A DNA stretch of 64,000 bases from Elusimicrobiota bacterium. Its GTDB lineage: Bacteria > Elusimicrobiota > Elusimicrobia > UBA1565 > UBA9628. The notes under the pieces are model-generated. The model ran no database searches, was not told where the DNA came from, and was given only the letters and a program-made list of their open reading frames with translations. Shown in pieces: positions 55,537-64,000 of this stretch; positions within the stretch are counted from its first letter, which is position 1; each line of letters begins with the position of its first letter. Made by a program: the position numbers and the translations under genes. The DNA lies in assembly GCA_003151975.1 (NCBI GenBank), contig PLZD01000010.1, forward strand, positions 201,261 to 265,260. Reading direction: 5' to 3'.

Positions 55537-56748
55537 ATGCGCGATAATCTCCTGGAGCTCGTCCGCGAGCTGACCCAGCGGGCTCTGGCGCCGGATGACC
55601 CGAAAGGGTTCTGGCGCTTCATGGCCGAGCGGCTCATCGCCTATTTCGGCTGCGAGCGCGTGACCATATTCCAGCGCGACGCCAAGGAGCGTTTGATCTC
55701 GCGCTACGCGCACCGGCTCAAGGAGCCGCTGATCATCCCGCCCGGCGAGGGAATCTCCGGCTGGGTCGCGGAGTGCTGCAAGACGCATGTCTCCAACGAC
55801 GTCTACGAGGACCCGCTCTTCAACCCCAAGATCGACGACGCGACGAAGTTTCGAACGAAGAACATGCTCGTCTTCCCGCTGCCGTATAAGGGCCGCGCGG
55901 CGGGCGTCGTCGAGCTCATCAACAAGCCCGGCGGTTTCAAGCTGCGCGACCGCAGGGCTGTCGAGTTGCTGGGCGCCGAACTTTCCGTTTTGTTTGTGAA
56001 GTTTCGCTACGAGGAATATCAGGAAGAGCTCACTAAGCAGCTCGTGCAGAACGAAAAGATGACGGCCATGGGGCGCCTGGCCAGCGGCGTCGCGCACGAA
56101 CTTAACAACCCCTTGGCGACCGTCATGGGATTTGCCCAGCTGCTCTTGCGCGATCCCAAGACCCCGCCCGAGATCCTGGCCACCTTGCTCAAAATCGACG
56201 CCGAGGCCCGGCGCATGCGCGAGATCGTGCGCAGCGTGCTGACCTTCGCGCGGGCCTCGGACGAGCACGCCGACGCGCTCAAGCTCTCGGCCGTCATCGA
56301 CGCGAGCCTCGAGCTGCTGACGCACGAGAGGCGGCGACGCAGCGTCAACATCGTCAAGGAGATACCCGCTCCCGAGCCCGTCGTGATGGGCGACGCCAAC
56401 CATCTCAAGCAGGTCTACCTCAACCTGATCGCCAACGCCCTGCACGCGCTCGAGGGACAGGAGGCCCGGCGCCTCGTTCTGCGCGTCTTTCATGACGCGA
56501 AGCGCAAGGCCATCGTCTCCGAGGTCGAGGACAACGGGCCCGGCATACCGCAGAAAATCCAGGACCATGTCTTCGAGCCTTTTTTCACGACGAAGGAAGA
56601 CGGGAAGGGGACCGGCTTGGGGCTTTACGTCGTGAGCGGCATCATCCAAAAGCACAAAGGGACCATTGAGCTCGAGAGCAAGCCGGGCCGCACTCTGTTT
56701 CGCATCATCCTGCCCGAGGCGGGACGGGCGGGCGATGCGCGCCCCTGA
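55537..56748 (+). CDS. cytoplasmic GAF-domain sensor histidine kinase
   Basis: GAF N-terminus. H-box SGVAHELNNPL, N-box NLIANALHA, G1 DNGPGIP, G2 GTGLGLYVV. Confidence 0.8.
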   Translation: MRDNLLELVRELTQRALAPDDPKGFWRFMAERLIAYFGCERVTIFQRDAKERLISRYAHRLKEPLIIPPGEGISGWVAECCKTHVSNDVYEDPLFNPKIDDATKFRTKNMLVFPLPYKGRAAGVVELINKPGGFKLRDRRAVELLGAELSVLFVKFRYEEYQEELTKQLVQNEKMTAMGRLASGVAHELNNPLATVMGFAQLLLRDPKTPPEILATLLKIDAEARRMREIVRSVLTFARASDEHADALKLSAVIDASLELLTHERRRRSVNIVKEIPAPEPVVMGDANHLKQVYLNLIANALHALEGQEARRLVLRVFHDAKRKAIVSEVEDNGPGIPQKIQDHVFEPFFTTKEDGKGTGLGLYVVSGIIQKHKGTIELESKPGRTLFRIILPEAGRAGDARP

Positions 56749-57547
56749 GCCGATCGACTTCGCTTTTTAGCCGTTCCACTTCCGCCGACAAGCTCTCGAC
56801 GAGCCCGTGGCGCGCCGCGGAGCGCGTCTTCTCGACGGCGAGCGCGTCGGTCCTTTCTTTAAGCTCCGCGGTCAGGGCGGTCTCATGGCCGATGGCTTCT
56901 CGCAGGCTTGCGAGCTCGGAGGCGCTCTTAGCGATGTCTTCCTGAAAGTGGGCTGAAGTTTTTCCGAGCTCATCGACTTTCTTCGTCAGGCTCTCGCCCT
57001 GCTGCAGCGCCGCGATCTTGTCCTTGAGCTCGGTGATCAGCAGCTGCTGCATGTCGGCGGAGGATTCCGCGGCGCGCTTGTCGGACAGCGCCCGCTCAAG
57101 CCGCTCGCGGAAGTCCCCGGCCTGCGCGGCGTCGGCTTCCATCAAATTGGCCTTCTCCTTGGATTTGGCCGCGTCTAAGGCGCGCTCGGCGTTCTGCCTT
57201 CGCATGTCTAAAATGTCGCGGTCTCGCTCCGCGAGTTGTTCCTTCAGTCGCGCGATCGCATTCTCGAGCAGCGTGACCTTGTCCACCAGGCTCCCATGGC
57301 GGACGAATTCCTGGAGGATCGACTCGGTCTCGCCCATGGGCTGCGCGCGGCGCGCAGGACGCTCCGGGCGTTCTAGAAGCATCGCCAAGTCGGCGCAAGT
57401 CTGGGCTTGGGCCCAGTCCTCGGTGCGGTTGCCGCGCTTTGCCTCGGGGCAGACCTCGGACTCGGCGCCGAAATTCGGCAGGCGCGCGAGCTCTTCGGGC
57501 GGGTACGGCCCGACGACTCTGTCTTTGTCGAGAACCCAATAACGCAT
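56705..57547 (-). CDS. DUF4339 (GYF-like) N-terminal domain plus coiled-coil protein
   Basis: MRYWVLDKDRVVGPYPPEEL parallels the N-terminus of the gene at 38806. Remainder is heptad-rich. Confidence 0.5.
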   Translation of the reverse strand: MRYWVLDKDRVVGPYPPEELARLPNFGAESEVCPEAKRGNRTEDWAQAQTCADLAMLLERPERPARRAQPMGETESILQEFVRHGSLVDKVTLLENAIARLKEQLAERDRDILDMRRQNAERALDAAKSKEKANLMEADAAQAGDFRERLERALSDKRAAESSADMQQLLITELKDKIAALQQGESLTKKVDELGKTSAHFQEDIAKSASELASLREAIGHETALTAELKERTDALAVEKTRSAARHGLVESLSAEVERLKSEVDRLRGAHRPPVPPRAG

Positions 57548-57580
57548 GTCCGTTAAAGTATAGCCCCGGACCGGCGCAAG

Positions 57581-58219
57581 TCAATACCGTGGGCGATACA
57601 GCGCCACGCCGGCCAGCCAGACGACGAGGCACGGCACGAGACCCGCATTGCTCGCCAAGAGCCCCAGGGTCGAATCAAGGAGCGCCGCCGCGGTCAGTCC
57701 CGTGCCGAACAGCACGACGCCCCAGCCCGCCCGCACCGTCCAACGCGGGTAGGCCCGACGGGTGGCTAGGATCAAGATAAAAGCCGCGCTCGTATAGAAC
57801 GCGTTGGCCAAGCCCCCCGTCAGCAGAACGGCCCTGCGGTGCCAAATGAGAAAGCTCGCGGCAGCACCCTGGAGCGAGAAATCCGGCAGGAGGAAAACCT
57901 CGATGCCCTGCGCCGTCCAATCAAATGCGATCGCGACGATCGTCAGACCGAGCGCGAGGCGCCCGAACCGCGCGAGCGCGATCTTGTGAGCCTGAACGAA
58001 GCGATGGTAGAAATACAGGATGGAGGCTCCGGCGAGCGTCCAACAGAGCCACGCCAGGGTCCAGAGTATCCGGTGGTCTCGGATGAAGTCGAGCCGGCCG
58101 GCGAGATCGGGATTGGTCTCGAGCCCGCGGCCTAAAACGAGCAGCATGGCCGCGCCCGCGACGCAGTGCGCGATCAGCGCAAGCCAAGCGGCGGCGCTCA
58201 GGCGCTCCCGGCGGTTCAC
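57581..58219 (-). CDS. hypothetical polytopic membrane protein
   Basis: GTG start overlapping the upstream stop (GTGA). 5-6 TM helices. Confidence 0.4.
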   Translation of the reverse strand: MNRRERLSAAAWLALIAHCVAGAAMLLVLGRGLETNPDLAGRLDFIRDHRILWTLAWLCWTLAGASILYFYHRFVQAHKIALARFGRLALGLTIVAIAFDWTAQGIEVFLLPDFSLQGAAASFLIWHRRAVLLTGGLANAFYTSAAFILILATRRAYPRWTVRAGWGVVLFGTGLTAAALLDSTLGLLASNAGLVPCLVVWLAGVALYRPRY

Positions 58220-59322
58220 GCCCAGGTCTCCTCGATGGCCAGCGCCGCGCCGCGCTTTGCGCATTCCTGCTCGAGCTCGGCGCGGCTCAGCCAGCGATCG
58301 AGCGGGATCAGCCCTTGAAACGATGCCGGCGCCGCGGCAAGCTGCGGCGCCATGATCGAGGCCGGAAGGATCGGTATGATCTCGCCGCGCTGGGCGACGA
58401 GGGTCGCGCGGCGTTTGACGCGCGCGCCGCGCTTGAAGCCCGAGACTTCCACGCCGATGGCCCCGACCGTCGAGCCGAACACGCCGGCCAGGCTCAAGCC
58501 CGTCGAGAGCAGAGGCGCGAGCGCGGACCACTCAAAGGCCAGCTCGCGCGAAAGCCAAGCCATGACGGAGGTGGCCCGGTTCATCCAGCGGAACTGCGCT
58601 CCCGCGCGAAACTCGACGCGTCCCGCGCCGAAGAGATCGGGCAAGAGCTCATGGTCGGCCACGTCGATGAGAAATCCCTCGCGGGGGCCGACGGGCTTCG
58701 GGAAGGCGAACACGCGCGGCTCGGACCAGCCGAGGGCCTTGCGCCAGCCGTCCCCGTCGCGCATGGTGAAGGGTTTGGCCAGAGAATCGCACAAGGAAGC
58801 GACCGTGGCCGCGCCGCGCGGGCTGCGGCCTCCGGGCGCGATTTGGATCTGGATCTCGCCGACGGAGTCGAAATCCTCGCAGGCGAGACGCGCGAGGAGA
58901 GCCGAGAGCGCGGGCGCCGCCGACCAGCCCACGCCCGCGGCCGGTCCCGCGGGCGCGACGAGCGCGCGAGCGCGGCGCACGAAGCCCCGGTCGTCGGCCA
59001 GATCGAAGTACGGGATGCCGCGCTGCCGGCAGACCTCTAGGAGATGCAAAGGCATCTCCTGAAATGGTCCGGCTGCGCAGACCGCCGCTTGGGCGTTGGT
59101 CAGCGCCGAGGCGACCGAGCGCAGGTCCGAGAGATCGCAAAGGGCGGGAGCCAGACGGCGCTTCTGCGAGTCGTCGAGGCCCGGAGTCAGCGCGCTGAGG
59201 TCGGTCCGTCCGCGGCCCGCCGCCAGCACGCGGCAGGAGCTGTTGACGAGCAAGTCGCGGACCAGCGCGCGGCCGAACGCGCCGTGGGCTCCGGCCACGA
59301 GTATCGCGGGAGCGTCAGTCAT
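58216..59322 (-). CDS. saccharopine-dehydrogenase-like NAD(P)-binding protein
   Basis: N-terminal Rossmann LVAGAHGAFGRAL. Two-domain architecture. Confidence 0.5.
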   Translation of the reverse strand: MTDAPAILVAGAHGAFGRALVRDLLVNSSCRVLAAGRGRTDLSALTPGLDDSQKRRLAPALCDLSDLRSVASALTNAQAAVCAAGPFQEMPLHLLEVCRQRGIPYFDLADDRGFVRRARALVAPAGPAAGVGWSAAPALSALLARLACEDFDSVGEIQIQIAPGGRSPRGAATVASLCDSLAKPFTMRDGDGWRKALGWSEPRVFAFPKPVGPREGFLIDVADHELLPDLFGAGRVEFRAGAQFRWMNRATSVMAWLSRELAFEWSALAPLLSTGLSLAGVFGSTVGAIGVEVSGFKRGARVKRRATLVAQRGEIIPILPASIMAPQLAAAPASFQGLIPLDRWLSRAELEQECAKRGAALAIEETWA

Positions 59323-59764
59323 GCGCGCGTCCCGAAATCATTCGCGCGGCGAGCAGCGAGCGCGCGCTCCAGAGGAGCGTCCGGATCCAGTTTGTCGATG
59401 TGAGCTGCACCGTAATTGCGGGATCGAAGCCGTTTGTTAGGATGGTATGCATCGGAAACTGCAGGAACAAAGACGAGGCCCAGATCATTGCGAGAAGACC
59501 CGCGCCGACGGCGGCGCTGCCTCTGTCGACGCTGTCGGATCTGCGCCGCAACAGCATGACCGCACAGAACGCCTCGAGGAGCATCACCGGGACCACAACG
59601 GCGGCAGTGCGCACGATGTTGTCTCGCTCGTAAGCGGAGAAGGCGTCCGAGCCGATCCACTTGAAAAGCGGGTAGTGCACGATCTGCACGAACCAGATCA
59701 CCCCGGTCATGAACCAGGTCGCCGCAGCGTGTGATGTCAGCAGGAGCCGGTCCTTTCGGCTCAT
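59315..59764 (-). CDS. hypothetical 4-TM membrane protein
   Basis: 149 aa, hydrophobic. Confidence 0.35.
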   Translation of the reverse strand: MSRKDRLLLTSHAAATWFMTGVIWFVQIVHYPLFKWIGSDAFSAYERDNIVRTAAVVVPVMLLEAFCAVMLLRRRSDSVDRGSAAVGAGLLAMIWASSLFLQFPMHTILTNGFDPAITVQLTSTNWIRTLLWSARSLLAARMISGRAHD

Positions 59765-60315
59765 CGCTTCCTCGCTGATAGTATCAGCGCTAGCGCCATC
59801 GCGGCGACGGCCGTTGCAAGGCCGGCGCGCGAGGTCAGCCCGTAAGCGACGAGGCCCGAGCTAAAAAGCCCGAGCGCCGCGAGCGCGGGGCCCTCGGATG
59901 CCAAGGAGGGACGATCGCTCAGAAACCATGCGAGGAACGCGAGGGGCGCCGCGATGAGAAGCGCGAGACCCGCGGCTCCGGTTCTCTCCAGCGCCAAGGC
60001 GTAGGCCGGAAAATGCAGATGCAGACGGCCCGCGTGGGACTGCCAGAGCGCGCCGAGAGCGAAGATCGCGATGCCCGCGAGAAAAACAATCCGGCGCCGG
60101 CCGGTCTGGCGCTTGAGCGCCCATAGAAGGCCGCCGGCCAGCACGGCGGCAAACGCCGCTCGCGACTGCATCTTCCAAATACCGAAGACCTGCGCTGCGG
60201 CGGCGGCAAGCAGCACCACGAATGGGATCGAGGCGATCTCGGTGGTGACCAGCAATCCCGCGGTTACGAGCAGGCCGGCCGCCAAACACAGGGGAGGAAT
60301 GGCTCCCGCTATCAT
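59761..60315 (-). CDS. hypothetical membrane protein
   Basis: 184 aa with 5-6 TM helices. Confidence 0.35.
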   Translation of the reverse strand: MIAGAIPPLCLAAGLLVTAGLLVTTEIASIPFVVLLAAAAAQVFGIWKMQSRAAFAAVLAGGLLWALKRQTGRRRIVFLAGIAIFALGALWQSHAGRLHLHFPAYALALERTGAAGLALLIAAPLAFLAWFLSDRPSLASEGPALAALGLFSSGLVAYGLTSRAGLATAVAAMALALILSARKR

Positions 60316-60737
60316 CGCCCGAGGATGCGGTCCTGGCGGGAGAACATTTCGCGGCGTTGGGCCGCCGTGTCGTCGTCGTAGCCGAGCAGATGCAGGGTCC
60401 CGTGCACGCAGAGCGTGAGGACCTCGTCGAGCACGGAATGGCCGACGTCCTTGGCCTGCAGGCGCGCCATGTGCGCCGAGATGTAGACGTCGCCGAAGGC
60501 GGGAGGATCGTAATTGAAGGCGATGACGTCGGTGTCGTATTCGTGATTGAGAAATCCGCGGTTCATTTTGCGCATCCGTGCTTTGTCGAGGAAAATGATG
60601 TTAAGGTCGCCCGTCGCGCGCGACTTCTCGGCGCGCAGCGTTTTGAGACAGGTGTTGCGGATCAGCGTCGGGCGTCTCGCCGAGGCCGGCAGCAGGCCGG
60701 TGCCGAAGACCGAGATCTTCACTTCGACTTGTCCCAA
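60312..60737 (-). CDS. ybeY: rRNA maturation endoribonuclease YbeY
   Basis: [11 protein letters not shown] zinc-binding motif. Confidence 0.8.
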   Translation of the reverse strand: MGQVEVKISVFGTGLLPASARRPTLIRNTCLKTLRAEKSRATGDLNIIFLDKARMRKMNRGFLNHEYDTDVIAFNYDPPAFGDVYISAHMARLQAKDVGHSVLDEVLTLCVHGTLHLLGYDDDTAAQRREMFSRQDRILGR

Positions 60738-61660
60738 TCGTCGTAGGCGCGGATGATGCGCTTGACCAGCGGATGGCGCACTACGTCTTCCTCGCCGAGG
60801 CGGTGGAACACGATGCCGGGAATATCCTTGAGTATGCCCTCGACGCGCACCAGGCCCGAGACGACCTTATCGCTGAGGTCGGTCTGGGTCACATCGCCGG
60901 TCACCGCGGCCTTGGAGCCGTTGCCCATGCGGGTCAGGAACATCTTCATCTGCTCGGGCGTGGTGTTCTGCGCCTCGTCGAGAAGGATGAAGGCGTCCTC
61001 GAAGGTGCGGCCGCGCATGTAGGCCAGCGGCACGATCTCGATGACCTCGGTGTCCCGCCACATGCGGAAGCGCTCAGGTCCCAGCAAGGCGTAGAAGGCG
61101 TCGTAGAGCGGCTTGAGGTATGGCGAAACCTTCTCGAGCATGTCACCGGGCAGAAAGCCGAGCTTCTCGCCGGCCTCGACGACCGGGCGGCTGATGATGA
61201 TGCGGTGGACTTGGCGGGATTCGAGCGCGCGCAGGGCGCACGCGACCGCCAGAAAAGTTTTTCCCGTGCCGGCGGGGCCGATGCCGAAGGTCAGGTCGTG
61301 CGTCATGATCGCTTCGACATACTTCTCTTGATTGGGCGTGCGCGCGCGGACGACCTTGCCGTAGGCCGTGCGGTAGAGGCCGTTCTCGGGCAGTGAGGGC
61401 GAATCGATGTTCAGGGCCTCGCGTTCGGGCGCGCCTTTCTGGCGCAGCGACGCCAGCCGCTGGCGCAGGCGCTTGACGGCCTTGTCGACGCGCGCGGTGC
61501 TGCCTTTGGCCGAGAGCTGCAGCTCGCCGTTCTGGGAGTCTTGGCGCAGGAAAAGCTCGACGCCGAAGTCAGCCTCCATCTGGCGGAGCATGGCGTCGTG
61601 CTCGCCGAGCAGGCTCACGGCCTCCTCCGAGCTGTCGATCTTGATTCTTTTCGTGGTCAC
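60719..61660 (-). CDS. phoH: PhoH-family ATPase
   Basis: Walker [13 protein letters not shown], PhoH-like. GTG start overlapping the upstream stop. Confidence 0.8.
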   Translation of the reverse strand: MTTKRIKIDSSEEAVSLLGEHDAMLRQMEADFGVELFLRQDSQNGELQLSAKGSTARVDKAVKRLRQRLASLRQKGAPEREALNIDSPSLPENGLYRTAYGKVVRARTPNQEKYVEAIMTHDLTFGIGPAGTGKTFLAVACALRALESRQVHRIIISRPVVEAGEKLGFLPGDMLEKVSPYLKPLYDAFYALLGPERFRMWRDTEVIEIVPLAYMRGRTFEDAFILLDEAQNTTPEQMKMFLTRMGNGSKAAVTGDVTQTDLSDKVVSGLVRVEGILKDIPGIVFHRLGEEDVVRHPLVKRIIRAYDDWDKSK

Positions 61661-63990
61661 GCTGTCTGTGGGTCGCGATCCGCGAGGACCGCGCTCGAAA
61701 ATCTTAGCTTTTCTCCGAACGCGCGCGCCGCCTCGCGCTCGAAACCGAAGGTTTCCGCCGCGAGGATCTTCTCGCGCCAGCGCCAAAAGAACTGTTGAAG
61801 CTCCCAGACGTCGGCGTGCAGGCCGTGCTGTTCAAACGCGTCGATCCAGCGCGCCGCGCGCGAGAGCCGTTCAGGAGACGCCTGCACGATCAAGCTCTCC
61901 AATATTCCCATAAAGCGCGCGCGAACGTCGCCGATCCAAGGGAGTTGGTCCGGCGGGCTCTTGAGGCCGCGCGCGCGAGCCAGCAGATCGAGGACTTCGT
62001 CGCTGACCGGCGCGATTTTCAGCGCCGCTATGGCGGCGGTCCAGTCCTTGCGGAAGGCGGCAAGCTCAACGCTCTCCAGCGGCGCGGGCATCAGTCGTCG
62101 CATCACGTCCAAGCGCGAGCGCGCAAAAAGCGCGTCGAGTCCGAAGTGGACGCCGTCGAATCGCTTCGAGAGCTCGCGCTCGAGCTCCTCGCGCGATAGC
62201 GTCTCGAAAAGCCGGGCCAGCTCCTCGCCCGCTTTGTCGGCTCCAGGCCAGCGGCCGATGTAACAACGCAGGTCCACGCGGTCCTGCTGGTGGACGACGG
62301 CCAAAGCCTTGGTCGAGTCGTTGGTGAGACGGTCCTCGACTTCCCAATAACTCCAGGACAGCGAGCGATCACTCCCCGCGAGTTCTTGCCGCTCTTTGCG
62401 GCCGCTCGACAGGTGCTTGGCGGAAAACGCGCGGCCCGCTGACGCGGCGGGCATTCCGACGTGGTCGAGCAAAGCGAAATGCGCGGCGGCGCGCGCGAGC
62501 AGTCCTCGGCCCGGCTCGGCCAAGGCGGCGTAGACCTTCGCGCCGTCGGAGAGCTTCTGTGAAGGCCCCGGAACTTTTGCGAGACGCTCCTTGAAACCGT
62601 CGGTCAATTTAGCCTCGAACACCTCGGCAAGCTCGATGGCGCGGGCGGCGTGCTTGAGTATGAGCGTCGTTTCGATGCCGGAGAGGTCGTCGAAAAACCA
62701 GCCGCAGCTCGTGAACATCGCCAGGCGGCTGCGCTGCATCTCGAGCAGGATCATCGCCTGGCGCCGGCGCTCCTCCGTGAGTTCGCCGAGGGAGTGAGCT
62801 TTTAGGAATTTCTCAGAGCTTTGCGCGGAAGAATCGGAGAGCTTCTGGGCGTAGGCGTCGCGCGCGGCCAAAAAATCCTTGAAGTAGATGCCCGCCTGCG
62901 CGGCGTAGAGCGTGTCGATTTCGCCCGCGAGCCAATTGAGCGCTTCGCGCAGAGGCCCGCGCCAGCCCTGGCTCGTGCCTTTCTTGTAGCGGCAGCCGCA
63001 GTCGGCGTTCCATCGGCCGAGGCCGTGCGGGCAGCTCCATGCGGTATTCTCATGAAGCTCGACTTCCTGCGGCGGGGGAAATAAGCTCAGGTAGTGCGCG
63101 TAATTCGTGAGGGATAGGCCGAGGTCGGGAGCCAGGCGAAAGGTCTGCGCGAGCGCGGCCGCGCCCGTGCGGCGGTGATGCCCGTAGAACTCGCCGTCGG
63201 TCGCCACCGAGATGAGCTGGGTCGAATCGTCGGGCAGCACGCGCGCCAGAGCTTTGTGGCAGAGCGCGTCGTCGCTCTTGAAGGCCTCGCCCGAGTCGAC
63301 GCTCTCGTGAAGCAGGCGGTGATAGAAAAAGATCGCGATGTGGCGGCTGGGATCCTTGCGCGAGATCCAGCGGTACGGCCTGGTCGGGAGCAGGTTTTCT
63401 TCCGTGACTTCCTTCCAGTCCTGCGCGCCGAGGTCGCGCACGCGCGCGGCTTGGCTCGGGGCGAGTATGGTGAACGCGACCCCTTCATCGATCAGGACTT
63501 CGAGCGTCTCGGCGTCGACGGCCGTCTCGGGAAGCCACATGCCCTCAGGCTCGCGGCCGAAGCGTTTGCGGAAGTCGTCCATGCCCCAGCGCACAAGCGT
63601 GCGCTTGTCGCGCTCGTTCTGCAGCGGCAGGATCGCGTGATAGTACGGCTGGGCGATCGCGTTGCCGTGGCCGTCGAACTCCTCGCAGCTTTCCTTGTCG
63701 GCCTTGATGATCGCCTGATAGGTCGCGGGATGCTCGCGCTCGAGCCAGCGCAGCAAGGTCGGCCCGAAGTTGAAGCTCATACGGCGATAATTGTTGTCCA
63801 TGGCGACGATGAGGCCGTTCTCATCGAGGATCGGGCACGCCGAATTGGGGCCGTAGCACTCCTGGAAGATTTTCTCGTTCCAGTCGGGGTAAGGATTGGC
63901 CGATTCCTCACCCTCGATGGCGTCGAGCCAGGGGTTTTCGCGCGGCGGTTGATAGAAATGACCGTGCACGCAGAAATACTTATTTTTCAT
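61657..63990 (-). CDS. glycoside hydrolase family 57 protein with a C-terminal DUF3536-like extension
   Basis: [14 protein letters not shown]-terminal GH57 signature, 777 aa. Confidence 0.75.
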   Translation of the reverse strand: MKNKYFCVHGHFYQPPRENPWLDAIEGEESANPYPDWNEKIFQECYGPNSACPILDENGLIVAMDNNYRRMSFNFGPTLLRWLEREHPATYQAIIKADKESCEEFDGHGNAIAQPYYHAILPLQNERDKRTLVRWGMDDFRKRFGREPEGMWLPETAVDAETLEVLIDEGVAFTILAPSQAARVRDLGAQDWKEVTEENLLPTRPYRWISRKDPSRHIAIFFYHRLLHESVDSGEAFKSDDALCHKALARVLPDDSTQLISVATDGEFYGHHRRTGAAALAQTFRLAPDLGLSLTNYAHYLSLFPPPQEVELHENTAWSCPHGLGRWNADCGCRYKKGTSQGWRGPLREALNWLAGEIDTLYAAQAGIYFKDFLAARDAYAQKLSDSSAQSSEKFLKAHSLGELTEERRRQAMILLEMQRSRLAMFTSCGWFFDDLSGIETTLILKHAARAIELAEVFEAKLTDGFKERLAKVPGPSQKLSDGAKVYAALAEPGRGLLARAAAHFALLDHVGMPAASAGRAFSAKHLSSGRKERQELAGSDRSLSWSYWEVEDRLTNDSTKALAVVHQQDRVDLRCYIGRWPGADKAGEELARLFETLSREELERELSKRFDGVHFGLDALFARSRLDVMRRLMPAPLESVELAAFRKDWTAAIAALKIAPVSDEVLDLLARARGLKSPPDQLPWIGDVRARFMGILESLIVQASPERLSRAARWIDAFEQHGLHADVWELQQFFWRWREKILAAETFGFEREAARAFGEKLRFSSAVLADRDPQTA

Positions 63991-64000
63991 GGCTTTATTT

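Overview
High-GC (~65%) bacterial chromosomal segment, gene-dense on both strands, with about 60 protein-coding genes. I could not find any rRNA, tRNA or CRISPR array. The likely organism is a diderm with LPS: it has leuS-lptE-holA synteny and many lipoproteins and secreted proteins. Recognisable housekeeping genes are nth, anmK, comEC, nadK, recN, gltX, dksA-like, pilB-pilT-pilC, uvrC, rpsT, holA, lptE, leuS, ybeY, phoH, a GH57 glucan enzyme and a GMC oxidoreductase. Accessory content falls into four groups. (1) A 1680-aa cell-surface protein made of ~11 near-identical FN3-like tandem repeats and ending in a T9SS/FlgD-Ig-like C-terminal sorting domain. It sits immediately next to a PorV/UPF0164-like outer-membrane barrel fused to TPR repeats. 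(2) A lower-GC (~50%) island at roughly 32.26-36.8 kb that is interwoven with gltX. It carries a Dam-family (D12) adenine methyltransferase plus an HNH endonuclease, a putative Type II R-M pair. It also carries an unusual two-gene module: a STAS-like/GHKL-ATPase fusion protein followed by a small DUF4325 (STAS-like) protein. This looks like a partner-switching cassette in a defence-island context and is my best candidate for an undescribed system. (3) A well-defined sigma70-type promoter with an operator palindrome between -35 and -10, driving a 48-aa ORF. (4) A low-GC intergenic region carrying a hairpin and heptamer direct repeats. All functional calls are from motif recognition by eye. No database search was run.
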